Part shown: piece after piece, positions 27,473 to 39,832 of the stretch
Position numbering within the stretch: the first letter of the stretch is position 1
Layout: each line of letters starts with the position of its first letter
NCBI GenBank assembly: GCA_964199315.1
Contig: OZ116699.1
Location: 28,458,001 to 28,522,000, forward strand
Length of the DNA: 64,000 nucleotides
Source: Orbicella franksi
Taxonomy: Eukaryota
Direction: 5' to 3'
Translations under genes and position numbers: made by a program
Notes under the pieces: model-generated
Told to the model about the DNA's origin: nothing
Databases searched by the model: none
What the model saw: the letters and a program-made list of their open reading frames with translations, nothing else

Positions 27473-27525
<53 letters not shown>

Positions 27526-28337
27526 TTCGACATGCTCCGAATAAAATATGATTGTCAAACTCTCGCACGTAAACAAAAACAAAAGTGTGCTGACAAGGCC
27601 CCTTTAAAGAGCTACCCATTCTTAAGTCAGCGCTAACTTAGGCTAATTGAACCACTACACATGTCCGGCTAACTGGAGTGCTGTTCGGGCTAACACCAAA
27701 GTGGTTTTTACGCCAACCGGAGCGCTGTTTAGGCTAACCAAAGTATAAGTGGTATTATTCAGGCTAACTGGAGTACATTTTAGTGTAGTGCAATTCTTGT
27801 ATTTAACTGCAAATAGATTTACAGTGTGTAAACTCTTGCACTGCCGTACAGTGTGTAAACGTTTTACACAGCCGTTGGCAATGAAATGAAGTTCGGGATT
27901 CATCGTACTCAGAAGTTTAAAAATCTTGTGACAGAAAGATCTCGTTAGATAGGATTTTTTTTTTTCTGAAACACCTCTCTTCCTACCGGATACAATTTCT
28001 CTGGTATTCTTTTGCCGCGACCTCTATTCCAAGTGTATCTTTGGTTGCACATGTTTGATACCGGATTTGGCGAGCTTGAAACATACAAGGTACTTCTGCG
28101 CATTGCTGGTATGTAATCTAGTTCAAGACAACTCTTACCTCCACCATTTTTGTAAGCCAGGTAGGGAAACCTCCAGATGTTTCCAAATCCGATGCAGTAA
28201 CCCAGCGAAGAGAGAATAAAGTCTGCTTTGCGACCCCATTTTTCCCGCTCTTCGACTGTAACAGACTCTGTTTTCTCCTCCGACTCCTCAGATAGCAGTT
28301 TTCCAGAGGGAGCGGTACCGTTTCTTTCGGTAGACAT
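16955..28337 (-). CDS. SLC6: SLC6/NSS transporter paralog C (14 coding exons, ~600 aa)
   Basis: Exons: 28337-28139, 25306-25172, 24478-24328, 23645-23547, 23005-22873, 22084-21950, 21594-21491, 20405-20281, 19810-19698, 19158-19024, 18301-18202, 17950-17850, 17456-17289, 17059-16955 (TGA). Frame is continuous. Motifs: [38 protein letters not shown]. Two acceptors are AAG. Confidence 0.94.
20716..21345 (+). repeat. Cluster of four degenerate tRNA-like/SINE modules (intron 7 of paralog C)
   Basis: Modules at ~20716-20800, 20946-21015, 21062-21135 and 21281-21345, each resembling TAGCTCAGTTGGTAGAG...ACCGGTATCGCAGAGGTCATGGGTTCGAATCCC. Confidence 0.6.
22660..22850 (+). mobile_element. tRNA-derived SINE-like repeat (intron 5 of paralog C)
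   Basis: A-box-like TAGCTCGGTTGGTAGAG and B-box-like GGTTCAAGTC at tRNA spacing, followed by a T-run. The acceptor stem does not form, so this is not a functional tRNA. Confidence 0.7.
23205..23275. repeat. (AAAC)n microsatellite, intron 4 of paralog C
   Basis: Direct reading of the sequence. Confidence 0.85.
23904..24096. mobile_element. MITE, AATAGACAGATTC-TIR family (5' end clipped), intron 3 of paralog C
   Basis: Long inverted repeat catccatgttgccacctaattcaga / tctgaattaggtggcaacgaggatg. Homologous copy at 44345-44545. Confidence 0.7.
24540..24776. mobile_element. CCAATCA-rich MITE (AGAGCGG/T...TTTTCA TIR); degraded relatives at ~2800-3165
   Basis: agagcggccttcaa ... tgaaaactgctcta, with repeated CCAATCA/TGATTGG motifs. 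Confidence 0.6.
25794..27523 (+). mobile_element. 5'-truncated L2/CR1-group LINE, antisense in intron 1 of SLC6 paralog C
   Basis: Uninterrupted 469-aa ORF (25812-27221) with RT motifs [44 protein letters not shown] and the L2-type C-terminus [18 protein letters not shown]. No endonuclease domain. Followed by a TTAG-rich 3'UTR, a terminal stem-loop and a (TAT)n tail. Confidence 0.93.
25812..27221 (+). CDS. Reverse transcriptase (partial ORF2) of the L2-type LINE
   Basis: RT domain motifs including YADD. The ATG is probably internal to a truncated ORF2. Confidence 0.9.
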   Translation: MPAALKEAMIKPKLKKDNLDSEDYSNFRPISNLKVVSKIIAKAVSCQLSDYLRDNDLEESFQSAYKRFHSTETALLRVQNDILCEIDNQKCVILLLLDMSAAFDTVDHKLLLERMEKRYGVKGNALKWFRSYLQDRKQFVMIDGTRSEMKELRYGVPQGSVLGPILYLLYTSPIGDIIKRHGLNYHLYADDTQLYLSFKPNYAEQPGSIAKIEACVSEIDSWMVCNKLKLNRGKTELLILSARHRPPPLIDHVDVSGEQIEPSTSAKNIGVIFDEYMSLEKHVTSTCKACFFHLRNIRRIRVCLSLADTEKLVHAFITSKLDNVNSLLYGLPKFLIDRLQNVQNAATRVVTRTRKYDHIKPVLKQLHWLPISQRINYKILLLTYKALNGQAPNYITELLEPYVPSRNLRSSSKNLLKVPPVKLIGYGHRCFSFVAPSLWNSLPNNIRGSGSLSDFKTCIKTYLFNKFYN

Positions 28338-28810
28338 TTTCGTTACAGAGTATCCTTTCCGTTTTTCCCTTGTCAACTGTAGATTACAGCTGTTTGTTTT
28401 ACTGCCTGTTTGGAAAGTTATCAAATACATGATAGCATATAATTATATGTTACTAAGAAAACAATTAATAAAGTGAAAGCTGCAAGACAAGCTAATACAC
28501 ATTCCAACAAAATACTAAAGGCTTGTCCTGGGCTCCAAGCAGAGATCGCAAACAGCGCGGGAAAACAATTTTCATCGGCCTGGAAATTTGCCTAGGAGAT
28601 TGTGCAAATCGTGACACTTTCACGTGATCAAACTCAAGTATGTCATGCACCCTTCCCTGCTCACCGTGTTCTGTCTCTGTGCCAAAAGGCTCGTGGAAAT
28701 AACATCAAGATGAAAGCACTCGAGAGTGACGACTGTTGGGCTTTAGATGCCTCTTTGGCTACCGAAGGCATTTGATCGAAATCAAGAATCATGCAATGAC
28801 TTAATCAGGT

Positions 28811-29475
28811 TAGTATATACCACACAAGTGAATAGTGCTTTTTGCGCATTCCGATTGGCTAGCTCGGAGGTGCATAGAACAGCAAATGCACATCTTATAA
28901 CTATGAAAATCTCGCCGCCTGAATAGCGGTAAGCGATTTCTTATTGTAAAAGTTCCCGTCACGCTTTTTTTTGCGGATAAGTAAAACTTCTAAAGGCACT
29001 TGTTCAATTGTCCGGGTGACATTTCTTCAATTGGTGTTTCAAATTCGTCTCGCTGTTGCCGCCATGCTGCAAAACAGTAAATGTTTCATTTCTTATACTT
29101 TTTTGTAGTGCTCGACAGTTAAACGAGGCATTGTACCTTTTTATGCCTTATTTGAGTTTGGAAGATTAAACAACTTACCATTAAATACGGTCAAACCAAC
29201 CTTTGTTGCCATTTTTGTATTTTTCGAACACTCGCCTCGTCTATCAATAAAGTTTGCTCCTCGGTAACCGAAGCGAAACGGGAAGCCATTTCGTTTTTCT
29301 TTGTTTGCTCAGGGGTGAATAGTACTTGCTATTGTAAGAAATAAAGCAAATTTTCAATCGGCTGATTACTGAACTTGTGTGGTATATACTAAAACAATTA
29401 TTCACCTTACTGTCGGTGAAGGTTGTGAATATTTCCCCGGCCGCTTCGCAGCTCGGTAAATATTTACCACTATTC
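28811..29475 (+). mobile_element. HINE/Helentron-like element, family 1, long copy
   Basis: TAGTATATACCACACAAGT (28811) / ACTTGTGTGGTATATACTA (29373-29391), followed by AAACAATTATTCACC and a partial 3' hairpin. Confidence 0.6.
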
Positions 29476-30139
29476 GCATCCTTTTTTTAATTGTTATTAT
29501 TTTACAATGACACATGATAGATACATGTAGTTTTTTTTTCCCTATATGTACAAGCTTACAGTTAAATAATAGATATGAAAATTAAATATAAATCAACCAT
29601 AAGCATCAGCAGCATATAAAATTAAAGTAAAAAGCCCACGTGCGATAAAATTTTGGAAGTGCTTTTTTTGCAGTCGCGATCTCTTTAAGAATTTCAAGTT
29701 TTCCGGGAATGAACGATAGAAAGTTTTGAAAACCTAAAACATCTCCACGAAGGCTTGTGCAGAAAATGCAATATTTGGCTATCAGTAAACAATAATTGAG
29801 GACTTGCCAATGCTTTGTCCTATCATGTCAGCCGTAGAGTATATGGCTTACGGATAACGTTATTGTTTCATTTGTGTTTTGGTACCACCAGTCCTGTTGC
29901 TGGTATTTATTGTTTTTATTATTCTTTTAAAAATAACTGTTGTGGTAATTCTAAGTATTTTTGTAAGTCTAAAATGGTTTGAAAGCTAGATACTTGATAC
30001 TATAGTGACTTATGTGAATACAAAAGTGAACAAAATTATTAGTACAATGTTGGTTTATTGGAAGAGATTTTGTAGATAGTTTTCAAGTATGTGGAGAGAC
30101 TTGCAAAGTTTAGGTTTTTATCACTGAAGTGGAATAAAT

Positions 30140-30272
30140 TCGCCTTAAGTCGCCTTAAGCCGCCTTAAATCGCCTAAAGTCGCAATGTTTTTTTCTGCCA
30201 CTTTCGCTTAAGACGCCTAAACACGCCCTAAATCGCCCAAAGTCGCCTTAATGAAGTTACGGCGACTTAAGG
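30140..30272. repeat. Degenerate ~10-bp minisatellite (CGCCTTAAGT)
   Basis: Repeated cgccttaagt/cgcctaaagt units and an inverted ggcgacttaagg. Confidence 0.7.
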
Positions 30273-31610
30273 TACCAGAGTAGGCCTGCTTAAGCTGTAA
30301 CGTAAGGTCCGGGTTGCTGTTAAAATCCCTTAGGTCAAACAAGCTTTTGTCTACGTCAGACAGGTAAAAAGAGGTGGGTTCTTTGTGTCTAAAATATGTT
30401 GATTAAAAAAAAAAAAAAAACGAAATTAATATTGCAGTAAAAATGACAGGGATTCACACTAGGGTGCCTTTTTCTGAAAGGAAAGTCTTTTTGAATATCT
30501 ATTCGCTGAATACAACGTTTATGTCCGCCAACTAATTCGTACAATGGCTATGATTTTTCAAGTAGCTCGTCCATAATCATGAGTAATTTGCCCTTGGCAT
30601 GAGACAGAAAAGATGATACACGCAGATACACGATTGTTGTTTATCATCTACCGCACGCTCTCTTGAATTGATTGCGGTAGTGATTGATAGAAAGAATAGG
30701 GCATCCTGAATCGTCGAGATTGGGCTCCAGTTTGAGTTTGCATTAGACCTTGACTTCGACTAACACAAGCTGGTAGATGACAAGATGAGAAATGAATTCT
30801 TACTTAACAATTATTCACCGCCATTTTGTTTCTCCCAGTAACCCTTGTGCCGCTAACTGGTTTCCATGCTTCAAAGAGAGGAGACATCTCGAGGGTTTCG
30901 ATTCCTTCCGCCCCGTGCCATGAAAATTCGAGCTCTCCCGCCATGTTTTCCCACGAACTGCTAAACTGAAAAATGTCCTTTGTTTTTCCTCGAAATGTGT
31001 CGTCGGGATAAGTTTTCATTCCGCATTACAAGCAGGTACCAAGGTTTTTTCAAGGAGAGAATTGCTCTTTCATCGTGTGCTATTGTGAATTGTGCTAACA
31101 CCTACACTAAATTATAATACTTATCGTAAGTTGTAAGAAAGGTTAACGCCTTTTAAATGTTTCTAAAGGCGACTGCGGGATGAGACTCGCCCCGGGGTAT
31201 TTCGCTTTTCTAAATGGCTACGGGCATCCTTCAAAATGTTGTACATGTAATAACTCTGCTACGTAAAACCACCCGTTGCCGGATTGGGTATCCTAGAGAC
31301 TCGCTGATGTTTATGTTATTCAAGAAATAACGCAAGCACGTATGAATAAAGCAGCTCTTCAGTTGCCCTCTTCGCGGTTAACTTTGTCATTTGCATTACA
31401 ATGTAATCCAACGTGGATGCGAGACAATTACGGGCAGATACTACGTACAGAATTGCCCGAAATTGTCTCACTTACATGTTGGAGTATATTGTAATGTAAA
31501 TGAGAAAAGATGAACACGAAACGGGCTGTTGTTCCAGAGTCGTAACCAGACGAATAATCGTACCGGAGTAATCTGCGCACTCTTCAATTATTTCGACGAT
31601 AATCGTTTTC

Positions 31611-31804
31611 AGGATACCTATGGGCAAAAGGCAAGTCGGCCGCCCCAAAACAACCTGGTGCCGTACTGTGGAAAAAGATAGGGCAATGGTGGGCTGGAAG
31701 TCCTGGGAGGAAGCGAGAGCTCTGGCTAAGGACAGGGCAAGTGGAAGAGGAGTAGTGTGGCCTTATGCGCAACAGAGCGCGAAGATGATAGGTGAGGTGA
31801 GGTG
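31611..31804 (+). mobile_element. 3'-terminal fragment of an RTE-clade LINE
   Basis: Translation GKRQVGRPKTTWCRTVEKDR..GWKSWEEARALAKDR matches the typical RTE ORF2 C-terminus (GKR.xGRP..TW.R....DR..W). Ends in a short (TGAGG)n tail. Confidence 0.8.
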
Positions 31805-34726
31805 ATCGTTAACAGAGGTTGCGTTGGAAAAGAAGAAATAGATGATCAGCAAGGCGCGCAATGCCGCGTTTGGTATTCTACAGTTATAGTAAAATGCAAA
31901 ACGCAAAAATATTTCAAAAAACTACAGACTGCCCAAACTGCAATTTTCAACGGGTGAAATGATGAGAGACGCCAATGATTTTAAAAGATGTTATGATAAA
32001 AAGAATACAATGGAATAAATTATGGAACTATATCATTAAACGATTTTTTTGCAAAAAATAAATTTAACAAATTTTCGCCGAAGGCGAAATTAACATTGAA
32101 GAATATTTATCGAGACGAAGCCTTGGTAAGTATTTACCAATTTACACTGAGCATGGAGCAAGTCAAATATACAAAAGGCAGTAAAATATGCAAAAGAAAC
32201 TCTACAGAAAAGAAACAGGCCACATTCGATATATCATTATTCTAACATGTATACGAAGCTTTCAGGACAAACATCTAGACAAGGTGTTGTGGTGTCGTCT
32301 TTGTATTCAAGTCTCTTTTGGGAATTGAAGGACAAAAGAAACTTAAAAAAATTTTCAATTTTGTCGTGAAAGCTTCAGAGCCATGTTAGAATATTAATAT
32401 GTCGAACATGGCCTATTGATGTGGTACCTCGGTTTCATGGTTGAAGAAAGTAAGTTTACTTTACTAGATCTGACACAGTTTCTCATGGCTGGCGATCTAC
32501 GATACCTCTCCTTTGACATTTCTTAAATATCTTGAATACCAGTTCTTAAAAGAAAGAAGGTCCAAACACCACTGTAATCATTTGTTAAATTCTCCACGCC
32601 TTCAATAGCCCGGACTTGGAGTAATGTCTTTCGAGTAAGTGGAAATTTTATTCCGCAACTGTCTGCCATGTTCATTTGCCAAGATGACAAAACTGGCTTA
32701 GCTTAATAGTCTTAGTTCAGTATGAGGTGGACTACGTTTCAGTTTTTATGCCTAACCGTACCTTTTTGGTACGCCTCGGCGCCATATCAAGCGAGTTTGG
32801 TCGAACCATGGGGCTCATGTTGGCTAGGCGTAGTCGAGCCAAAATACCCATGGCGAGACCAAACCAGCCTGATACGCCGCCAAAGCGTACTGTAAAGGAC
32901 GATTTATAGGTAATTACCGCACCAACATTCGACCAGGTGACCATGATATCGTAACCTTAACAAGTCAGTGACATGATATCGCAGAATATCAGGAATATCA
33001 GGCTAATTGCGAATTTGGATTACGGTAAGATACAAAAGAAGAAATTAGTGAAAAGACGGCAATACTTGGGGCGGCAGATTAAATTCTGATCATTTTTACA
33101 ATCATCAGTGGTTGCGAGGTTGGCAATGCTTAGTTTCTAATTGATCCGCGTCTATGCATTTCACGTTTTTTTTTCAGCAGCATTACATTTTCTTGGGTGA
33201 AAGAAAAGATAGGCATAGATGTTGTTAAAATCGTGATTATTAATTTGCCTGGCCGGCAATCGCACGCTTCAGCTCAGTCATCGATAGTAAGGCCTTACAT
33301 GCAAACCCGACATCCCTCCAATAATTGGAATGTTAAGACAAGACTGACTTTATGGAAAAACATTGAAAAGCAATGATATTAAGATTAAGCTAACCTCATG
33401 AATTCACAAGCAATCCCTGCAGTAAATAAAAAAAACGATCACAGAAATGATTGTAGTTTCAAAATTCTGGGATCATAGGCATGGAAATACGCATCCGCGA
33501 TCGCTAGAGAACGTTTTCGACAACTATCGCAGGATCGCACAAAATCAGTAGTTCCCCGCTCTGTGTTTCGATTTGTTCGCGATCATCTTCGAACGTGTTT
33601 GATCATATGAAAACAAAACTGCGTTCTCTTGCGAACAGTACTCGTCCATGAATATTTTCCAATCGCCAGCACAATTCCATGCTCCCTCCCATCACTTAGT
33701 TGTCTTCCTCTTACCTTAATTTTACGCAAAGGTGTCCAAAATAGGGAAAGACAGATCTTTGGTCTTTGCGTGACGCAAGCCAGTGCTGAGAGTTACTCAA
33801 AGTGAGCTGATAGGATTACTAACAATTCCTGTTGCAATTCAGGCTACGCTTGAGTGTGCCTATAAGAGAATGGATTGGGAGCACATGACTGTGACAGGCT
33901 TACTTTAATGCACTTTGGTAATTAATAAATGCTTCGGCGCCGGCTTCGGACGAGAATAACGATCAAGGCCTTTAAACTTAAATCCTAATTTAGCATTAGA
34001 GATCTTGAACATGATTTTCAGATTGCGTGCGTAACACTGTTCCACAGACTTCACGCTTCACAGGTCTTCAAAGAGAGCAGTCGATCGGGAAAGGTCCCAA
34101 AATAATCATTATTCTAAAGCCTTATACATATTGTCCAGTAATATTTTTCTTTCAAGTGAATAGCGCCAATGAGACAAGCTGAAATAACGGAACGGTAAAT
34201 AATACTGCAAGGGTTTACTCGGTAGATTGGCTTCCGTGAATTTGTCGAGTTATCATCATTTTACTACTTTTGGCAGCGAGCTTTGTCAGTGTATTAATAT
34301 CATTGTGAATCATAAAGATTTACATTGTGAAAAGTGAGGGTTCCACCTATTGAAATTTTGCGTTTTCTTAGGGGGCTTTCATTGAAAATGTCAGCTAACT
34401 AAATTCGCTTCAGTGATTAAATTACCTTTGAAGTTGATAGTTAGCCAAGTAACTCGTGTAAAAGAAGTTCTAGGTATCTCTATATTTTAGGGGAGCTCCT
34501 GCCCTCCGAAGGCGCGCCAGCGAAACCCCAAAATTTGGTAGCAAATTGATCTAAAACATTTTGGTTGTTACGTGACTGTCCGTTTTGAGAACGTAGAACA
34601 CATAGAGTCTAACCTCAACTTCTAAATTCTCTGCGATCGATCTTTACCGAAAACTACCCAAGTTAACTAGTGTAATCCCTTGTTTCGGATAAAACTAGAT
34701 TTAATAGAGGAATCAACGAAACGCTA

Positions 34727-34912
34727 AGGTTTCACTCTTTTCACTAGCGCATAAGCATAAGCATAAGTCGACATACGCAGCCAGTAAGATGTTGATAATT
34801 AGCGCCTTTTGTGGTAATTATCATAAAATGTTTTAAGCAGGCAATGCGTCTGCGTATATGGGCTTATGCTTATGCGTATGCTTATGCTTATGCTCTAGTG
34901 AAAACCAGCCCT
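34727..34912. mobile_element. MITE with (GCATAA)n subterminal repeats
   Basis: tttcactagcgcataagcataagcataag / cttatgcttatgctctagtgaaaaccagccct inverted arms. Confidence 0.7.
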
Positions 34913-34957
34913 TTTGTCCAAAAATGCACGTAGTAACAAAGCTGGTAGATTTGACGA

Positions 34958-34961
<4 letters not shown>

Positions 34962-35014
<53 letters not shown>

Positions 35015-35040
35015 GTCAGTCAGTCAGTCAGTCAGTCAAT
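34962..35040. repeat. (CAAT)n/(CAGT)n microsatellite
   Basis: Direct reading of the sequence. Confidence 0.9.
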
Positions 35041-38000
35041 TAACTTTATGAACGAGGGTGAGACCCTCTACCAATTTAGGACACCTAAAAGTTAAGATTA
35101 AGAACTATTTACAGCTTTAAAAATTAGAATTAAGGATCTATTTACAAGGGTAAATGTTAATCTTTATGTATGGCAAGTTTTCGTCAAATTTGTCAAAGCG
35201 AAATCAGCTAGGCGAAATTGACGATTTTGACGACTTTTCGTCGGCCACAATTGCGCAAATTGTCTCATAAGACACGGTATTAACATGTTGGCGGATTTGA
35301 CGATTTTGGCGCCTTTTTGCTAACCTGATTATAAAGAATGTAATGTGTGTGTTCCAGTAAAAAAGTCCTTTCGGGAAAAAAGTAAAGCAAAGTAAGTTTC
35401 GTAGGCCATGATATCTCGAACCGTTGAGAAGAACAGAGAAATTTCTGTCCCGAACAAAGAAATAAATAAAACAGTTATCTCGAAATTTCTGTCATTAAAA
35501 GTTGAGGTATTCCTTGAAATGTGTATCACTTTGGCCATAAATTCTGGATGGATGCAGGGAGCCCAGGCCCAGTCCCACGCCCAGGCTCAGGCCCGTGGTC
35601 CAGACCTGGATTGGGGAGATGAGAAGAGTTCAATACTCTCACCTTAAAAATTTCCAAAATGATACAACATCTGCTAAAGATTTTGTGCGCTATGGTTGGT
35701 CCATCCTGGCCTTTTGATTCACAGTTTTATGTGACTAAATAGAAAATTTCAAAAGAACGGTTATTCTGTGGTTTTTATGTTTCTTTAAAAAACTGCTCTT
35801 GATTGTACTTATGAGACCTTTCTTATCCGATGTACAGACCACAAGACGACGTTATTTTTTCGGCATTTTTTATTTCATTTAGTATAAACACAGTGCCCAC
35901 CTAACATTGCTCTTTATCGTTTCGCTTCACTAACACATACTTAAAGTGGTTTGAACAAAATTCAGCGTAAGTTTTGGACGGCTCCTACGTCGCCTAATGT
36001 TTGGTAAGTACTGTACATCTCAGGGCATACCGTACCACAAGACATCAGTCAATCTACTGAAAAAAGCAAAATATCTCGACTCTACGTTTAAACAGTTTTC
36101 GGGCATAATTCAGCCATTGCTGTGAGCTACAAGACTCCTTGACATTTAGTATTGAGAAATACATTTTAACATCGCTCGAAACCACTATAAATGAAGCATA
36201 AATGAAAGTTTTGCAATTATTCATTTCCGCAATCATTATCGACTGTCATAATGTGTCCGTCGGGTTTAAGAGTGTTAAATTAACGTTCCTTTGCATGGGA
36301 GTTTCGTGAAAGTAACAGTTCGTATTACTCCCTAGCTTTTCAAAATCGAGAAAAGTCCAAAATGGATAAAACTTGCGTTCGGTAACAACAGGTGTTTTTG
36401 GAAAAGGCAAAGAAAAGGCATTTCAGATACATCGATAAAAACTGAGAAAAACTAAACCTCTAAAGGAAAAGCTAGATCCTAAACTGTGGGCTAGAAGACC
36501 ATGTAGCTTTATCTTGCGATTAATTAAAACCACATTAAACAACAAATTTCATACCCGTTTCGCTTTAAAAATGGACATTTGAACCCCTCTCAGGTGCGAC
36601 CTTTTACAGGGACTTAATTAAGCTTTCTGTACAATAATAAAAAAACCCGAAAAAATGTCTTACAATCAAAATTTCACACTAGAAAAACGATAAAAATGAC
36701 TTCGTGTCCAAGTGCAGCTCCAAGACGTAAACGTGTAAACACTTGGTAGAAAAATCACAAAATCTTGCGTTTTGAAAACCTAATATATTACTTCCTGAAA
36801 TGGACTCGGCTCCAGGTAGATCTGACTACTCGATGCGAAGTTCCTACCTGTTAATCATAATTATAACAAGATTTGAGGACCTCATTTAGTTATCAATCAA
36901 TTGTTAACTAGAAAACGAGGAGAGAACAAATCAGACCCGCGGATTTCCAATACAGCTGAGGGGCCACTAATATGGGATAAAAGTAAGTTCAAAAGCATTA
37001 CAGATGGGTTTTTCGTTGAGATGCTTGAGGAAGAGAACTTAAAGAACGCGATTAAGGGCACCTGCCCCATTGCATGGTGGGTAAATGACTCTATTCTATT
37101 ACTAAGAAATAATGCGTACATTGCCTTTGCAGTGCTAATGAATCGAACCTGCTAAAAACCATTTCGCATTTGAAAAATTTGTTATAGCTTTGATGAACAA
37201 AAAATAACTATTGTACTACATGAACGTTTATAATAATAATGTGAAATATGATGTCTATAATCATGATGTCTGTGATAATTATGATGACGAAGCTATCAAT
37301 TTTCATCTCAGTTCTTTATCAACTCTTCAGTTTGGTTCAACCTTGGTTGGCTAAACACGAACTTTATCATCAAATAATGGAAACATAATTATTCTCACTT
37401 ATACTCTTAACCTCATTCAAAGCTGATCGATTACTCTTGAAATCGTCAACTTTTCGTAATTATGTTTCAAAACTCCTTACATTTGAAATAATCTGATATC
37501 TGGAGAACAGATCAGGTCACAAGAAACTTATCGTTTCAGGTCAGAATCGTCATAAAAATATTAAACGCTTAAAACATAGTGTTGACAGAATATCGGGAGA
37601 TAACTGTCTCACTGGAGACAAACAGAAAACAATAACGCCAAAGTAATAGCAGTTTAACAGTTTAAGCTAGTTTAGTTTACAGTTCCGTGTTCCGCAGCTC
37701 AGCTCAGCTCCGGAGCTAAAATTGGCCATTTACTGAGAGTCAGCCCTCTCGCTTTATATTACACTGAAGGGCATAAAATCCAAGAAATGCACACTGAAAA
37801 ATAAATGGAAAACAGTATTAGTACGGCAAGCCATTAAATCAACAAACAACGAAAAAAATAAAAGCACACTCAAAACAGAACAAATATAGAACGAAGGTGG
37901 TGGAAATGGAAATGACAGATGTTATTACCGAATTTGTTTAAGATGACCATGATTCTAAGAGAAATTTATTACTCTGCTCGGATGAAACAAAAGTCCTTTC

Positions 38001-38233
38001 CAACAAGTAAAGCCCTTTAAAACCTTTATTCCATCGGCAAATTTTCATTCAAAATATAATTTATACTACGAGGATGGATAGGCCAACATATGTAACACTC
38101 AATCTTGCTGTTAAAAAGAAGAGATCCTCGACTGCGGAATGTGTTAAAAAACCTCCCAACGCTTGCGATAGGGCAGATGTTACATGCGACTAGCAAGAAG
38201 AGTCGTTGATATCGGAACTTAAAGTAAAATGAG

Positions 38234-38405
38234 NNNNNNNNNNNNNNNNNNNNNNNNNNNNNNNNNNNNNNNNNNNNNNNNNNNNNNNNNNNNNNNNNNN
38301 NNNNNNNNNNNNNNNNNNNNNNNNNNNNNNNNNNNNNNNNNNNNNNNNNNNNNNNNNNNNNNNNNNNNNNNNNNNNNNNNNNNNNNNNNNNNNNNNNNNN
38401 NNNNN
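38234..38405. other. Assembly gap (172 N) in the 3' flank of paralog D
   Basis: Run of N. Confidence 0.99.
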
Positions 38406-38454
38406 CAAGCGCAAACCTGATATAAAGCGACAAAAATTATACCTGATAGTTGGT

Positions 38455-39800
38455 TTATTTTATGACCAACTTCTTGCGAGAAATTCCTTCCCTCTCCTCG
38501 ACCGCGTTGAAAGCATTTGCATCAGGAGTCAGTAGAGACCTCAGCCTCTGCAAAGGAACAATAAGAAACAATTAGAGAATCTGCCCTATTTTTTGCCCCA
38601 AGATACAGTAAATGTATGAAAATCTCTACCCCGAGCTCGTTCGTACGCACTGAACTGGAATGCAGGAAAGGTATATTGTGCTTTTAGTCTGGAGTAAGTT
38701 GTATTTTAATTTATATGGTACTTTAATTTATGAGGAACAGGTAGTTTTTCTAAACAACATTTTAGAAGAACAGTTTTTACTTCAGTTGTACAGATATTTT
38801 GTAGAGTGCTTTTGCTCTCAATATTATTAAATATTATTACTATTCATTGGTAGATTGCAGTCTAAAACCTGCAGTTGTATACTTATGTAATTTTAAAGCT
38901 CTCACAAGCCAAAAATCCAAAGGAATTTTGTCAGCAAATAGACAACAACGGGGGGAAACAATCGGGTTCTCGAATTTTCAATGGAACACGATGAATTTCT
39001 TCCAAAAGTACCAAAAGTGTTTGAATTGAACATGCCAAAGCGACTTATTGGGTCCTCCTCCCCGGTTTTACATTCCCGGAGACTACCTATAGAAGGACAA
39101 GCATGTAACTACATGTACAACCTGGTTGTGGAAGATTGAAACAATTCTGGTCCATATACGTTTTGTTAACGAGCTTGAATTTCACCACTCATAGATTTTA
39201 CATTATCTTTACCTGGAGCAACTCAAGACCAGAAATGAATACATTTATATCGTATTCTATCCTTCCTCCTTAAAGATATTTACAACTATGAGTTGTATGT
39301 ATTAGAAACAAACCAAGCGTTCGTATCGTTTACTGACAAAAAGCGTACTGTAGCAAATACTTACTTCAATCAAAGTGGTTCCTTTGGAGTGGTAGAACTG
39401 GATTAATGCAAATGTCGGAACCATTATCATAGATGCAATTGCAAGCACCCATCCAAAGAATTCGGCCCAACCAGGATATGGCACGTCGTTGTAGGATATA
39501 CCGGACCACTGCACCAAGCTCGCCAGGATGATGATCTAAAAGGAGGAACAGATGATTGGAAATGTTTCCGCTCCTACGACCACGAGAATTATGTGAGAAA
39601 TAAAAGAACTTTAGTGACATGTCAGGTTTAGGTCATCAGAAAGTCAGTCAGTCCGTCAGTCCGTCAGTCAGTCAGTCAGTCAGTCAGTCAGTCAGTCAGT
39701 GAGACAGTCAGTCAGTCAGTCGGTCAGTCATTTAGCTCATCAGTCAGTCAGTCCGTCAGTCCGTCAGTCCGTCCGTCAGTCAGTCAGTCAGTCCGTCAGT

Positions 39801-39832
<32 letters not shown>

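Noticed and set aside
27428-27619. ORF with a poly-Ile tract; similar low-complexity ORFs at 23083, 24854, 34858 and 41014
   Set aside because: Translations of microsatellites.
32732-32944. 70-aa GC-richer ORF, plus a nearby 48-aa ORF (MADSCG...) at ~32525-32670
   Set aside because: No recognisable motifs or convincing splice context; probably a repeat-derived fragment. Cannot be supported without a database search.
38026-38433. ORFs spanning the N run; possible continuation of paralog D into the gap
   Set aside because: Paralog D has an in-frame TAA at 38457-38455, before the gap. The ORFs exist only because N codons contain no stops.
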